A stretch of 64,000 nucleotides of DNA from NCBI RefSeq assembly GCF_036321535.1, contig NC_087436.1, positions 27,158,001 to 27,222,000 on the forward strand, read 5' to 3'. Shown piece after piece: positions 1 to 14,510 of the stretch. Every line of letters begins with the position of its first letter. The stretch's first letter is position 1. The translations under genes and the position numbers were made by a program. This DNA comes from Camelus dromedarius. Lineage: Eukaryota. The notes under the pieces are model-generated. The model did not search any database. It was not told where the DNA came from and was given only the letters and a program-made list of their open reading frames with translations.

Positions 1-557
1 ATTATGTTGTATCTCAACCTCCCTTCAGATTTATCTACTGCAAAATACACCTATAATCTATTCAGTAAAGTTTATCTCATTTACATAGGTAAGTAACACC
101 AACTTTGCTTATATAAATTTCCATTTATCATCTGTACAGTTTGTCTTCTGATACACATCCACACTGTGGTGACAGCCCATGTTCTTAAGGAGTTGGGACA
201 TCAAATCTCCTTATCCCTGAAGACTTTGGGTGAAGGGAGGGAGGATTCCCTGGAATACCGTTCCCCTGGTTTCTAAGCGATCTGTTACGCACAGGAGAAA
301 TCTTCCTCATATCTTTCCTGGGTATTATATATCTGATAAATAGCTGTACACTTCTCAGTATTACTTTTTCAGCCATTGACTTGTTACTTTTACCAATATT
401 TATTGGCTTTGCCTGTGTGACTTCTGTGTATATTCTTCCCTACGTTCTTTTCCTTCTTTCCTTCTTTACTTTATTTTTTACTGTAACTCTGTTTTTCTAT
501 TGGATTAGATTAATTGTTTTCATACTTTTTTCTTTGTATATTTGTTATTTTATTACT

Positions 558-593
558 TTGGGTTCTCCAGAGAAACAGAACACTCCCTCTCTC

Positions 594-627
<34 letters not shown>

Positions 628-1165
628 AAATTTTAATATATATATATAATTTTATAACAATAATAACAATAAATTCTATATATATAATTTTATATATATA
701 TACACACACACATATATATATAATTACTATATACTATAAGGAATTGGCTGATGGGATTATGGAGGTTTAGAAGATCTTCAGTTGGCAAGCTGGAGACCTG
801 GGAGAGACAATGGTGTAGTTCAGTCAAGAGTCTGAGTCTGAGTCTGAAGGCGGAAGACAGATGTTCAGCTAGAAGACGATTAGACAGACAGAAATCATTC
901 TTTCTTGCTCAGACCTTTATTCAGGACTTCAACAGGTTGAATGAGGCCCACCCACAGTGGGGAGAACAATCTGCTTTACATAGTCAAATTGCTTATTTAA
1001 ATAATAATTTATTCACATGACAATTATTCAAATGTTATTTCCAGTTGCTTATTCAAATGTTAATCTCCTCCAGAAGCACATTCACAGACATACCGAGAAA
1101 TAAATTTTAACCAAATATCTGAGCACCCAGTGACCCAGTTAATTTGACACCTAAAATTACCAAGA
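558..1165 (-). mobile_element. MLT2-family (ERVL) solo LTR with internal (TA)n expansion
   Basis: Recalled MLT2 motifs: gggttctccagagaaacagaac, ataaggaattggct, ggcaagctggagacc, tgaggcccaccca and ttgacacctaaaatt. Subfamily not assigned. Confidence 0.8.
586..738. repeat. (TA)n-rich microsatellite/low-complexity tract
   Basis: Several (TA)n runs plus short (CT)n and (CA)n runs, directly visible. Confidence 0.95.
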
Positions 1166-2449
1166 TAGCTATAACATCTGACTCATAAAAGCTGAAATAC
1201 TTTTCTTGCTCTTTTTCAGCTTTTAACTTTTAGCTTTTAACTCGATGTTGCTTTTTTGCCCAAAAGTAATTTTTTTAATCTAATAAAATATGTCAAATAT
1301 TACTTTACAACTTCTCTAATTGCTTCCCTTGCCTAAGAATATCATAAATTCTAACTTTGGTTTTGGATTAGCTCTGCATATTCTGTCAGTGCAATTACGT
1401 ACCAATAAACCAGAGTTATAATTTGGAATTCATCAAACTGCATGCACATGTTTTTTCTTATTCCCCAATACCTTTACTTTCTTGTTATTTTTCATCCTAT
1501 TAAGGTGAAAATGGATATTTTTCAACATTTTGAGCAATATTTAAGGCTAACATGGGATTTTGAGAAATAGGTATTCAAAAAATTGGAGAACTTGACTTTT
1601 ACATGTAAAATTAAAATATAGGCTTTTACTGTATTTGCAACTGAAGAATAGTGTTGAATAAATGCTTCCTAACTGGTGATTTATGAATACCCTGGGGCTT
1701 GTAATGATTTGAAGATATGCCACAGGCCAATTACTGTTCATACTCTCATGGCACTCACCAAGCTACAGTAAACACAGGTTACTGTAATATCTTTCCAGTA
1801 AATGAAGTCCTGATAAATTCTAGTAACATTCTCTTTTCCAAATAGCTTGCATTATTATTATATGTGTAAAATATAAACAATTGAAATCAGATTTACTTTG
1901 CAGTCTGTCCTTTTTAATAAATCCAGAATAAAAGCTACAGCCAAACTAGACATATAAACATGTCAATATTTTAATATATATTTAGAGCTTGCAAAACAGC
2001 GGGTTTTTTTTAATAAAAATATATAGGAAAAGTCCTTAACACTTTGACCACTGACATTCAAAATAAATCAGATATTCTCCTTATTTTTCCTGGCTACAAC
2101 AATAGAGCTTTCTTCTCCATTGTTCAGCCCAAGTCCTTATCCTATGTGCTCAGGAAAAGACAACTATAAAGAAAAACTTGGGTCTTTGCATTGTTTGGCT
2201 ATGGTTACTATATTACTGAAAGGGAACTAGGAATGTAGTTATGAATTATTTTTTCTGAAGAATAGCTGTTTATTATTTCTCTCTGTGTGATTTTTCCGTA
2301 AGGGCTCACTGCATTGCCTAATAAATTAAGAGATAATTCAGCTGTAGAACTTGCATATTAATGAAACTCCATACCCTTCTCATTTTGTTTCTTATTAAAT
2401 AACTTTACAACACTTATGATTACTTTAAGAAAAAGTGTCCAGATACGTG

Positions 2450-5400
2450 ATTCTATTCATTGCTTTTCTGTCTTTGATCTTTGGGCTGTTACAAATAATC
2501 ATGTGGCAATGAACATCCATATACAGATCTTTGGGTGTACAAATCTTCATAGTTATCTTAAATATATACCTAGAAGTACAACTGCTTGCTGATATGTCAA
2601 ATCTATGTTTAATATTTTAAGAAGTTGTCAACATACTACACCATATTATATACCTATCAATAATATATGAATATTCTAGTTTAACCATATACTTGTCTGT
2701 ACTTGTTATTGTCTTACTTTTCAAAAATTTTATTTGTAAGTAAAAATTTAACTTCACAGCAAAATTGAGAAGGTGCAGAGATTTGCCAGGTATCCTTTCC
2801 TTCACACATGCATAGCCTCTCCCACTATCAACATCACACAGTAGAGTGGAACATTTGGTGCAACTGGTGAACTTAAACTGACAGATGATTAGCACCCAAA
2901 GTCCATAGTTTACACTAGGATTCACTCTTAGTGCTGTACATTCCATAGGTTTGGACAAATGTATAATGACAAGTATCCATCATACAGAGTATTTTTTAAC
3001 TGCTCTAAAAATTTTCTGTGCTCTGCCTATTCATCCATTCCCATTCTCCAACCCCTAATCCCTGGCAACCACTGATCCTTTTACTGTCTCCATTGCTTTG
3101 TCTATTTCAGGATGTTGAACTCCTACAGTTAGCCTTTTCAGATGGGCTTCTTTCACTTAGCAACATGCATTTAAGATTCCTCTAAGTCTTTTCATGGCTT
3201 GATAGCTCATTTCTTTTTGTCACTGAATAATATTCCAATGTCTGGATATACCATTGTTTATCTCTTCTCCAAGTTTGGGTAATTATGAATAAAGCTGTTA
3301 TAAAGACATGTGTAGGGGTTTTTGTATGGCTGTAAGTTTTCAACTTCCCTGGGTAAATACAAAGGAGAAGGATTGCTGATTGTGTGGTAATGGTTTTATT
3401 TTATGAGAAACCAGTGAACTCTCTTGCAAAGTGGCTGTAATCGTTTGCATAACCACCAGCAATGAATGAAAGTTCCTGTTGCTCCACATCCTTGCTCACA
3501 TTTGGTGTTGTCAGTGCTCTGTATTTGGCCAAATGGTGTGTAATGGCATATCCTGTTGTTTTAATTTGCATTTCCCTAATGACTTGTCTGACTTTTTAAT
3601 TACAAACATTCTAATAGCTGTGAAGTGATTATATCATTAGGTTTTTGCTTTTCCCTAAAGATTACTGACTATAAACATTTTTTCATGAGCTTTTTGGCCA
3701 TTTGCATATCAACTTTAGTGAAATTATTATTCAAATTTTATTTATGGATTTGGTCTATTTATATTTTTGAGTTGTGAGATTTCTTTATATATTCTGGATA
3801 TAAGTCCTTTATAGAATATATGATTGAAAATATTTTCTGCTAGTCTATAGCTTGCCTTATCACTTTCTTTAGAATCTCTTTTGAAAAACAAAAATCCAGT
3901 TTTATCAATTTTTAATTTTATTTCTTGCTATGTCCATATAATACATAAGAAATATTTGCCTAAGCCAAATTCAAGATGATTTAATCCTAATCCTGAAAAC
4001 AGAGACTTTCTTAGAGTTTTTAAAGGTTTATCACTTACATTTATTAGCTTATTACATAAGTTAATCTTTTCATAGAGTGAGGTAAAAGTCTAAATTCATA
4101 CTTTTGAACTGAATATTCAGTTGTCTTAAGATGATTTGTTTAAAAGACTACCCTCTCTTCATTGAGTATTTTTGACGTATTTGTTGAAAATCAATTGATC
4201 ATATATGAAATAATTTATTTCAGAATTCCTAATTCTGTGACACAAATCCATATGTCTTTCCTTATGTCATAACCATATTGTCTTGATTACTGTTGCTTTG
4301 CACTCTATTTTGACACCAGGATGTGCATTTATTCTTATTTTTAAGATTGTTTTGGTTATTGCATCCTTTGAATTTCCATATTATTTTATAATAAGGTTGC
4401 CAATTTCTGCAAAATATGTCAGTGGCAATTTGGATAAAGATCACATTGAATAGATTAACTTGAAAATTACTGCCATTTAAAAAATATCATATCTTCCCAA
4501 TGTTATTCATAGACATTTCTCAGTTTATTTTTATCAGCTCTTGCTTTGTTTTCTCTAAACATTGTTCTGTAGTTTCAGCATAGAATAATTGCACAACTTT
4601 AATTAACATATTCCTAAATATTTTATCTTTGATGCTAGTAATAGTGTAAATGGGGTTTTCTCAGTTCTACTAAAATTTATATTTAATCTTTTAATTGAGA
4701 CAGATGGAACTTAGAGTTGTGTGTGTGTGTGTGTGTAAGTATATATTCCTCATTATTTTCTGCATACAAGAGCATGTTGTTAGTAAAAGCAGTTTATTTT
4801 TTCTTTTTCAATCTATCCAGATTTTATTTCTCTCTCTCTGTTCTTTATCTTGCCTAAATGCTGGCTAAAACCTGTGGTAGGCTGTTGAATAGAAGTGCTG
4901 AGTGGGCAGAATCTTGTTGAAGATCTTAAGAGAAAAGCACATAGTCATTCACCATTAAGTATGAAGTCAATTGTAAGCTTTTTTGGTTTCTTTTGTTGTT
5001 GTTGTTTTGGGGGGTTTTTTGTTTTGTTTTGTTTTGGTAAATGTTCAGTATCAAGTGGACGTATTTCCCATCTATTTCTAGTGCACTTAATTTTTTTTTT
5101 TTAAATTCATAGTGGATTTTGAATTTTGTAAGTTGATTTTTTATATCTTTGGAGATAAAATTTGGTTTTTGTCTTTTATGCTCTTGCATGGTATATTACC
5201 TAATTGATTTTGGGGCATAGTAAGCCAACTTTCCCTTCTTGTGATAAACCCCTCTTGTCATGGTATATAATCACTTTTTATATGTTGCTGGATTTGTTTT
5301 GCTAGTATTTTGTTGAAGATTTTTCTATCTGTAACTATGAGGGATTTGGTCTATAGTTTTCTTGATTTATGATATCTTTGTCTGTAGGTTTCTTGATTTG

Positions 5401-7695
5401 TGACATCTTTGTCTAGCTTTGGAATCTGGGTAGCACTGGCCTTAGAGAATGAGCTAAGAAGTAGTCCCTCGTGCTCTATTATATGGCATAGCCTGGGGAG
5501 TATCAGTATTACTTTTTGTGAAAATGTTTGGTAGAAATTACACTGCAGCCATCTGGGGCAGGATATTTTTTTGTGGGGGGACAATTTTTATTTACTAACT
5601 TAATTTCATTTTTAAAATAGGTGTACTCAATTTTCTGTTTTTTCTTGAGTCTATTCAGCTAAATTTGTGTATATAAGAATTTTTAAATTTATCTAAGTTG
5701 TGTAATTTGTGACATAAATTTGTTCATAGTATTCCTTAATTGTTTTAAATCTGTTAGGTCAGTTGGTAGTATTCTCCTGTCTTTCATTCCTGATGTTAAT
5801 AATTTATGTTTTCTCTGTATTTTTCTTTGTCAATCTAGTTAAATGTTGTCGGGTTTTTTTTTTTTAATTTTCAAAAAGAACAAAATTCTAGTGCTATAAA
5901 TTTTCTCTATTGCTTTTTAAATTTTGTGCTTTATTAATTTATGTTCTCACTTTATTAATTCCTTTTTGAAGTTTATTTTTCTTGCTTTGGATTTAGTTTT
6001 CTCTTCCATTTATTTTGCCTTAGATAAAACCTGAAGTTTTTGATTTGAGTTTTTTATTATTCATATTTTATATTATTATTGTTCTGCTTGAATTTATATC
6101 TTCTATGTTGTTTTTTTTCTATATGTTAATCATGACTCTATGTTTGTTGGTCTTCCTTTATTGCCATCTATTGTGATAAGTACATGTGTACTATTTAAAT
6201 ACTTTGTATTTTTGCTCTTTCTTCTTAGTAGTAGCTCTAGAGATGACATTATAAATCTTATCTAAATCTGTCTCAGATTTATATTAATTTAATTCCAGTG
6301 AAATATAGACATTGTTCCAATATAACTACATTTTTTCTCCCTTTCTTTGTCTTAAATGATATATATTGCATCTGTGTATGTTCTAAACCCAAAAACAGTA
6401 TTATAATTAATGCTCTATATAATCCTGTACCTTTTAAAGAAACTAAAAGAACAAAGAAAAAATAGAATATATTTACAGAGTTTTGTATATTAAACTACTT
6501 ATTTATTATTTCCTGGATTTTAAATTTCTTCTTTTGGATTTGAGTAACAACTTAGTATCATTTCCTCACTTCAGTTTTATTACCCGACTCTTCCTTTGCC
6601 CGCTTATCATGTATGTGTGTGTATATATATCTCCAAGAATATAATTTTGTAATTGTTTTTTTCTGTAGTTTTTAAAAGACAATTAAAAGAATGGAGAAAA
6701 ATTAATAATCATACTATATTTTATAGTTACCTACCTATTTGTTTTTTTTACCAATAAATACCATTATTTCTTCATGCAGATTTGAATTATTTCTGCTCTC
6801 ACTTTATTTCAAACTATGTAACTTAAAAAAAACACATACTCATAATTCACCTCTTATAGCAATGATTTTTCTGAGTCTTTGTTATTTGTGTCTGTCTTCA
6901 ATTCACTTTCATTTTAGAAGGATAGATTTTCCATATATAAGATACTTTGTTGATGGGTTTTTTTGTTTGGTTGGTTTTCTTTGGGTTTTATTGGTAGTTA
7001 CCGTTTTACTTGTAGCATTGTGAATATATCATCAAACTGCCTTCTGGCCTTCATCGTTTTTGAAAAGAAGTCAGCTTTTATACTTTATGCAATTGACTTG
7101 TATGTGACACATCAATTTTTACTTGCTGCTTTGAAGGTTTTCTTTTTGTCATCGTGTTTCAATAGATTGACCCTGTGTGTCTAAGTGTAAATATCTTTGT
7201 TTTATTCCACTTAGAATTTATTGGGCTTTTATAATATGTAGGTTAATGTGTTTAATAAAATTTGGAAAGTTTTTAGCCATTATTTCTTCAAACATTTTTT
7301 TTTTCCTGTCTGTTTCTTTCTTTTTTTTCTCACTCCCTTTGCGTCTATGATGATCTGCTTCATGGTACTTCATGGGTGTCTGAGTCACCATTTCACCATT
7401 GTTCTTTCTCTTCTTCAGATTACATAATCTCTATGGATCTATCTTCAAATCTTCTGAGGCTTTCTTATGCCAGCTAAATCTACTAAAAAATTTTTTTCAT
7501 TTTTGTCATTGTACTTGTAAACTCTAGAGGTTAATGTATTAAAATTATATAATTTCTATCTCTTTATTGAGATTTTTAAATTTGATAAATCATCATCATA
7601 TTCTCCTTTAATTCTTTAAAAATATCTCTTATTTTCTTTGAACATACTTAAATTTACTGCTTTGAAGTCTTGTCTACTAAGTTCATCATTTGGGT
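2450..7695 (-). mobile_element. Old, fragmented L1 block (3' region, ORF2 remnants, more 5' pieces); may be more than one element
   Basis: T-rich antisense L1 texture. The minus ORF 5351-5584 encodes FYQTF...EGLLLSSFSKASATQIPKLDKD, resembling the L1 ORF2 reverse-transcriptase region. Many stops and deletions. Confidence 0.8.
2722..3583 (-). mobile_element. L1MC-type 3' end nested in the older L1
   Basis: Recalled 3'-end motif cacccaaagtccatagtttacactaggattcactct. Flanked by the near-identical 13-mers ttgtct[t/g]actttt at 2709-2721 and 3584-3596 (TSD-like). Confidence 0.75.
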
Positions 7696-9524
7696 CTGGT
7701 GTCCCCAGAAATGTCCTTGGGTGGGGTGCCTATTTTAGTGGTCAGCCAGGCAGGGTATAATTTAACTGGAAATTTGGGGGATAGCAGTGAAATAGGTTAC
7801 GTTAAAGCACAGCAGAGAAGTTAAAAGATAATGAAAGAAAATATTATAGATTTCTACTTTCTAAAAAAACTTCAGTTGTCTATAACACATGTAATTGCAC
7901 AACATAAGAATTACATCTAAAAGTGAAATGTAAACTCAGAAATATATAACCAAAACAGAAATGACCAGTGGGAACAATATTTTAAAAGCTTCAAGCAATA
8001 AGCATTAAGCAATATAAGGTACTTATATGAATAAAGTTACAATACCAAAAAAAAAAAAAAGAGGGCTTTTATAAAGATTTTGTGTCCACAGTGGTATATC
8101 TAAACATGAAAATCAAAGCTATTTAGAAATGAAAATAGAAATAGAATCATTACCTATATGGGAGACTTCCATACTCCTTTTTGATATATGTAGTAAGCAG
8201 GAAAAAAGGTCCTAATGGATGATTTAGTAATGATTTCTCTAAGACAACAAAATGTCATAAGAATTTTTATTCTTTTCTCAACCCCCTAAACCAATGTACA
8301 CATTAATAAAACACAAAGATAATCAGATACTTAGTCTGAGAATATGTCTCAGATGCATACATTTTTAGTTATTTTATCTATTCACTGTAGATTTATGATT
8401 TACAAAGAGATGTACAAATTAAATTGGTGAAATTTTGAAAAGCATTTTTAATTTTCTTAATTTTATAATGTTTTACTTACTATTATCTTGATCTATGCCA
8501 CACAGCAAAAGGAAAGGAGCTACTAAGTATATGCCCTGACTATATCAGTGATTTGGTCTCTTGTGAATAGGCTTCTCCAAGGCTAGAAGCTCCCGGCTGT
8601 TTACCCATTTGGCTCATATGTGAGAGCAAGTAGGAAATCATGCTTAGACATTGCCAAAATATTCCCCACTGCCAGGAGTACACGGCCAATGATGCTGAGG
8701 AAACCATAAGGTGATGTTGAAAGATAATTCAGAATATGTTCTTTCTCCATTCTGATGTGTATGCTGATATTTTACATAAGAAAAAAAAAAACCACAAGAG
8801 TGAAGGGCATGCAAGAATTAAGTTTTTCATAGGGGGTTTAATTTTCAAAACCTTTAAAAATGTATTGTATTTGGCAGATTCCCACAGGGAGACCATTAGG
8901 ACCTCAGTGAGAAAAATAAATATAAAGCAAACCCTATTACTTAGGTTTTTAAAAATATGTTTTCAAAATAGAGTAATTTTAGAAAGAAAACACTCATTTA
9001 AAAATATACATGAACAAGAAAACTAATTCAAAAAACATGTAACAAAGATATCACCCTTATGGAAAAATGAAGTGTCGGGAATGTGACAAAATCAACCCAT
9101 TTTCAAAACAATTTGGATATCATAGTGAATAACTTAAGGTACCCGAGCCTTGTATGTATTATATAATACATATGTGTTTATTTAGTTGGAAATACTGTGT
9201 TTATTTGAACTGAGAAGCATGTTTATTTATACTTCTTTACAGAAGGAAGTCCAATTTTGACACCTCAAATTTCAGTATTGAGGAAGTAATCATTTCAAAA
9301 GTTGTGAAGAAATTCCTAAGTAGGGGAAGGGGCTCCTTGATTTGAATGGCACCACAGACACTGCCCTGGAAGTAGTATAGCAGAACTTCCATATGCCATT
9401 GTTAGCATGGAGAAGTGGCAGTTCCAGGATGCTTCCGTGACCCTGAAGGTAACTCAGCTGAGAAGAAATTAAGAACCCCGAAATCAGGAAGTGAGGCTGG
9501 ACCAGGTGTTAATGAATAACCTGT

Positions 9525-10005
9525 TCTTCTAGCCCTTGCTCACTCCATGCCAGCCATGCTCAGCTCCCTCTGTTTCTCAAACATGACAGTCACACTTTAG
9601 CCTTATGGCTTTACAGTGGCTGTTTCCGTGCCTGGAGAATTCTTCCCTCCCATAGAGCTGTCAGTTCAGTTTTACTCTGCTTTCAAGTCTCCAAGCTCAT
9701 ATCCCATCTTCATGTTGACTTCCCTGTAGAATACTGCAAGCTGCTCACCACCCACTCCAGGGGTCCCAGTTTGCTTTACCCTACCACCGTTTCCATTTTA
9801 TGCTTTTAACACCTTTCCTCATCATATAACTGTATGCTCTCAGTAAACAATTTACTTATCATTTCTATTGTTGCCTGCCTGTCTCTCTCCTCTAGGATAT
9901 ATGCATCCTGGGGTCAAGTAACTTAGTTTTGTCAACTGAGGTTTACAACATAGAAAAATGTCTGGCTCATAGTAGCTACTTGACAAATATTTGCTGAATG
10001 AATGA
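9525..10005 (+). mobile_element. L2 (L2a-like) 3' fragment
   Basis: Ends in gtctggctcatagtagctacttgacaaatatttgctgaatgaatga, the typical L2 tail. Confidence 0.75.
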
Positions 10006-10442
10006 CTACTGAGCACGTGTTAGGGACTGAATTCTAAACAACACAATAAGCCACCAGTGGTACAATTGTGTAAGTCAGTGTACAAATATAACTATAAGTG
10101 GGCTCTTTATTTGATTCTTAGTTACTATCTATCCAATAACTAGTGTAAGTAATATTCAAGAATAATTTAAATTGCATTCTGATTGAAATCCAAAGTCTCT
10201 CATTTTTTGTTGTTGTTGTTGTTCTCTAATATGGTGTTTCTTTTTGCATTTCTGTACCCCTAAACCTGGCTTCTCCTTTATTCTTACCTCAGATATTTAT
10301 TCTAAACAATTTATAGCTCTCATATCAGTAATTAAGAGATCTTGAAATACAGATATCCTTAATAGAGACTTATTAGCTTGTTATTAAAATAAATTTTTAA
10401 AAAAATTTTTAAACTATATATTTATTTTTATTTGACTTTGAA

Positions 10443-10537
10443 TTTTCTTTCTTTCTTTTTTAACAGAGGTGCTGGGGATTGAACCCAGACCCTGTGTGTG
10501 CCAAGCGTGCACTCTACCACTGAGCTGTACTTCCCCC
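10443..10537 (-). mobile_element. tRNA-derived SINE, vic-1-like (short form)
   Basis: Reverse complement reads gggggaagtacagctcagtggtagag...gggttcaatccccagcacctc followed by an A-rich tail. Pol III A and B boxes present. Confidence 0.85.
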
Positions 10538-10929
10538 ATGTAAATTTTTGAATTCTGCTGTAATGTGTAAAAGTATTAGAATAGAGAAGGTTTGCCAAAA
10601 TTAAGAAAGAAAGAAAAAAGACTGCTATATGCTCACCTCCCTCAAAGCATTCTTGAGATGGGGTATAAGATTTTTATTGTTTTCTGTGGCTTTAGGTGGG
10701 ACAAAAATAATTTGTGTTGCTCAGTAGCTGAGCAAATTTCCTTCTTACTAATCTTATGTCTCCCTTCTGATACTGTGTGTACTGTTTGCCAAATCACCAC
10801 AACTATCCCCTCCAAAATTCCTCCTCTGAGTGTGGAATCTAAGATTAAACACTGAAGTCTTGCTATCTGCTTGTGAGTTCTAATACATGATATGAAGACA
10901 GTTAACAGTGTTCCTCACTAGGATAGGCA

Positions 10930-11090
10930 ACAAGATCAAATACCAACTTTTGACTTCAATTTGATTGCTTTGTCTCTATAACTTAGGATAAGTCATTTAA
11001 TTCATTATTTTTTGTTTTGTTTTCCTCATTTTTAACTGAAAGCTATTAATCCAAATCATCTTTAAAACGTTTTCCATTTATCTGACCTTC
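10930..11090 (+). mobile_element. Degraded MIR
   Basis: MIR core-like ttaggataagtcatttaa...tttcctcattttta; highly diverged. Confidence 0.45.
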
Positions 11091-12399
11091 TCCAATTACA
11101 ACATTCCTTTAAAGACATGAAATACACTCTGGAAACCTTTTCTTCCATCAGGCCTCATTCAGTCATTACTGGTCACCAGAACCCTGTAGCTGGTCATCCT
11201 TATTCACAGAAGGTTGCTTTTTTTAACTCATGTGCCCTGACTCAGAAAGCAGTTTCCTCTGAAAGCATTAGATACAGCACGCACCCCCACAGACAAACCA
11301 ATACACTTAATAACTTAATTAAAGTTTGAAATAAGTTGCCATGAAGATATCTTCAAATATTTCCACATCAATAATTTTCTAACTCTGTAAATTTCACCTA
11401 AACTAAACCAATATGAAGAGCTTAAAGATCTAAATTCCAAGAATCAGACTTTAAATCACAAGTTAAAGGAAGCTTATATGTATATATGTGTGCATATGCA
11501 ATGCGTAAGCCACACATATATAGCTAGTTTTTAATAAAAAGGCTTTGAGTGGTAAGTTTTATCTCTATATCATAAACTTGTATTTATCTTACATGTTTAC
11601 CTCAGAAATAAGGGAATCAAACTAGCTAATTGCAAACTTTCACTTAGTAACATGACTTACCTAATTATGTAGATATGTCAGCTTCTGGCATTGTCATCTG
11701 TGCAAACCAGCTATCGGAAATAAACTACAGATTGCAAGACTTTCTGATAAAATTAAATCATGTGTCTTGTGTTTTAATCTTTAGATATTAAAGCAGTCTA
11801 CTCCACTGTTGACTAAAGATAAACATTTTAAATGACTGTGGGAGGCACAGAAAGATTATGTCCATCTGCATAATATTTATAGAACATAATAATGGAAAGA
11901 TTTTCTGTAAGTTATAATTCTAGCCAAGACATTTTAAAATGTATTGATTATATTTTAATACATTGTGGTAAAATATGGCCCTTTTAAAATGACTTATATG
12001 TTTGTTTGCTTGTTCCATTAACTTTCTTTGATTTCAAAAAAAAGTCCAAGATCTAAGGGATAATTTATCTATCTCTAAATTCTAGTTCATACAAAAATTT
12101 TAGATTAAATATATCTTAAACAGTATTAAAATTAAGATGTTAAATCATCCTTATTACATATCCAAATTAATTTTTGTGACCTTTGCCACAATTTGGAGTC
12201 TCCAAATTGTGGCAAAGGTCACAAAAATTAATATATATTTGTATATATATATTTGTAAATATATATATTTGTATAAAACATTCTTTGGCAGAGTTTTTGA
12301 CCATCCTGACAAATAGCCTCCTAATATTACTCATTGAACTAGATGTTTTCTTCATAAACATTAGTCAGAATCTTATTTTTCTCTTGCAATGTGCTACAT

Positions 12400-12787
12400 G
12401 GTATTAGAGGAGGTGATCATGAGGATGTGACCTCTGGTTGACCCTCCAGCTGGACCCAGGCATTTGGAGGCTCCCTCCTCTGTCCTTGGAATGTACGTTC
12501 TGTCTACTGTTCCCATACCGGGAGTCGTTCCACAAGTGAAGCCTAGGGATAATAAGGTGTTGTTGAGACCATCTGGGCTGAATTCATGATTGAATCCAAC
12601 TGAGGTCTCTATCTAAGCTTTTAAGATTCTGGCAGGAAAGTGCGGAGATCTACTCATCTTGTGGCCTCCCAAGGCAAGCCTCGTAGGTAGGTCCCCTTGC
12701 TTATTAAAACTGCCATGGTACCAATCTGAAGCCTGCCTCTTTCTTCAGTGTCTTCTTGCCTCTGTGTATGAGACCAGTTTGTCAACA
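12400..12787 (+). mobile_element. Solo LTR, probably ERV1 class (family unassigned)
   Basis: Abrupt GC-richer block of about 390 bp with an ATTAAA signal near 12703, a pyrimidine-rich U5-like end and a ...caaca terminus. No clear TSD. Confidence 0.6.
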
Positions 12788-13949
12788 GATATATGGGTTT
12801 ACTTGAAAACTGTGTGGCTTTTTTTAAAATCCCTGTTTAAGAAGCAAAAAACAAACAAACAAACAAACAAACAAAAAAAGTATCATTGCTGAATCTTCAA
12901 AAATTAATGATATATTTGGAGACAAAATGATATGATTTACTCTTCAAAATGATAAATTAACATTTGCTAATTTTATTTCTTGTGGACTTTATCTAGATCA
13001 CAAAACATGGGATCCTGAAATTAGGAACATAATTATTAATTTATCTTAATCCTACCTTTGGAGACAAAAAATGTAAAATAAATGTTTAATGTTTACATAT
13101 TTCAAAGTTTTATTAGAATTCAAACACATTTAAGGAAAAAAAAGAAAAGAGAGGTAATCACAACAGAAATCAAAGCAACGAAATAAGGAGGGAACTATAG
13201 AGAATCAAAATGAAGAGAAATATGAGAAAGGAAATGAATGAGTTATAGAAATTGACACAATAGATAAAAAAAGTTACCCAAATCATGACACCACAAATAT
13301 TTGTACTTGGGACAAATTATGGTGTACTTTACATATTTGTAAAATTATTATCATTTATTGGTAATTGTCTTGCTGAAAAATCAGATTAAATTAAATCAAA
13401 CATTAGGTTCCTCCTAGAGTTCCAAGATTGCCTTGTAAGCTAGGAAAACTTGTAGATACCTAAGGTTAAAAATTATTAGTTAAATGGGCTTTCACTTTCA
13501 GCTCCAAGATGTGCAGAGTTGAGAAACTGACATTAGCAAATTTTGGACAAACTCAAAATCAATGGTTTTTCTTAGACTCATCCAAGAATTGAGGTTGCCT
13601 GGCCAGCCGCCATCTCAGTGTTTGGAGAGATCAAGCTCACCCAGAGAGACTGAGCGATCAAGATCTGTTTACCAGAAGCCAACACTGCTGTTTCTGATAA
13701 TTGCCTGTGTTGAAGTTGGCTGATATATCCTGCCTGGAATATTACATGCTGCCACACATGCATTGTCAAGTCCGAGCATTCATCAACTCATCCTGGTACA
13801 AAAGGAGCAAATATCAATACAATTACAGGCTGCATTTTCCGAATAGTCTCCTGATCAGCGGATTTTTAGCAATAGTGAAGATCTTTATATCATAAATTAG
13901 TGTCCTGCAACCTGATTTCATCTGTCTTTGGTTGGAAATGGGGAGAAGG

Positions 13950-14510
13950 AGATGCAAAAATATGGTTCTGATAGCCAGGAACTGGCCTCTTGTTGCCAAT
14001 AGCTAACCTGCCATTCACAGCTAGGTAATTATAGCTAGTCTTTGTGTTCTACTGAATATAAAAATTCCCAGAATACAAACAATGGATAACACCACTCTGA
14101 TCTTGATGAATTAAGACAAAGCCAAGACCATTCCATGGTCACAGAGTGAACTCATATAAAATAACTGAACTTATATAAAAATAAAACACCACAATGACCA
14201 AAAATTCACCTATCCTGACCAATATAAACAGCCACTGCTTCTTCACCAGTTAAAGGTCCATCTGTCTAGTTTCCTTTACATAACTACCCACACTTCATTC
14301 CTACAATTTTCTAGATTTTAAGATGCTCAAGCATAGAATTATACCATTTTCAGACAACATCCATTCTAGAGCAAAGTACCACGTTCTTTAAACCTCCCCT
14401 AAATCAAATACCTCTTATCAAGGAGCCCTATGATTCTCCACTGTGTTCGTTTTTTTCATTGCAACAAGTCAACAGTCAACTTTTTAAACTATATGTGCCT
14501 TCATAGTAAG
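13950..14510 (+). mobile_element. MER67-like ERV1 LTR
   Basis: Resembles recalled MER67C motifs: ccactctga...aagacaaagccaagacca, catagaatta, catccattctagagcaaag and ttgcaacaagtcaac. Confidence 0.6.

Noticed and set aside
381..770. 129-aa hydrophobic ORF
   Set aside because: Non-ATG start; product of T-rich sequence and a (TA)n microsatellite running into an MLT2 LTR.
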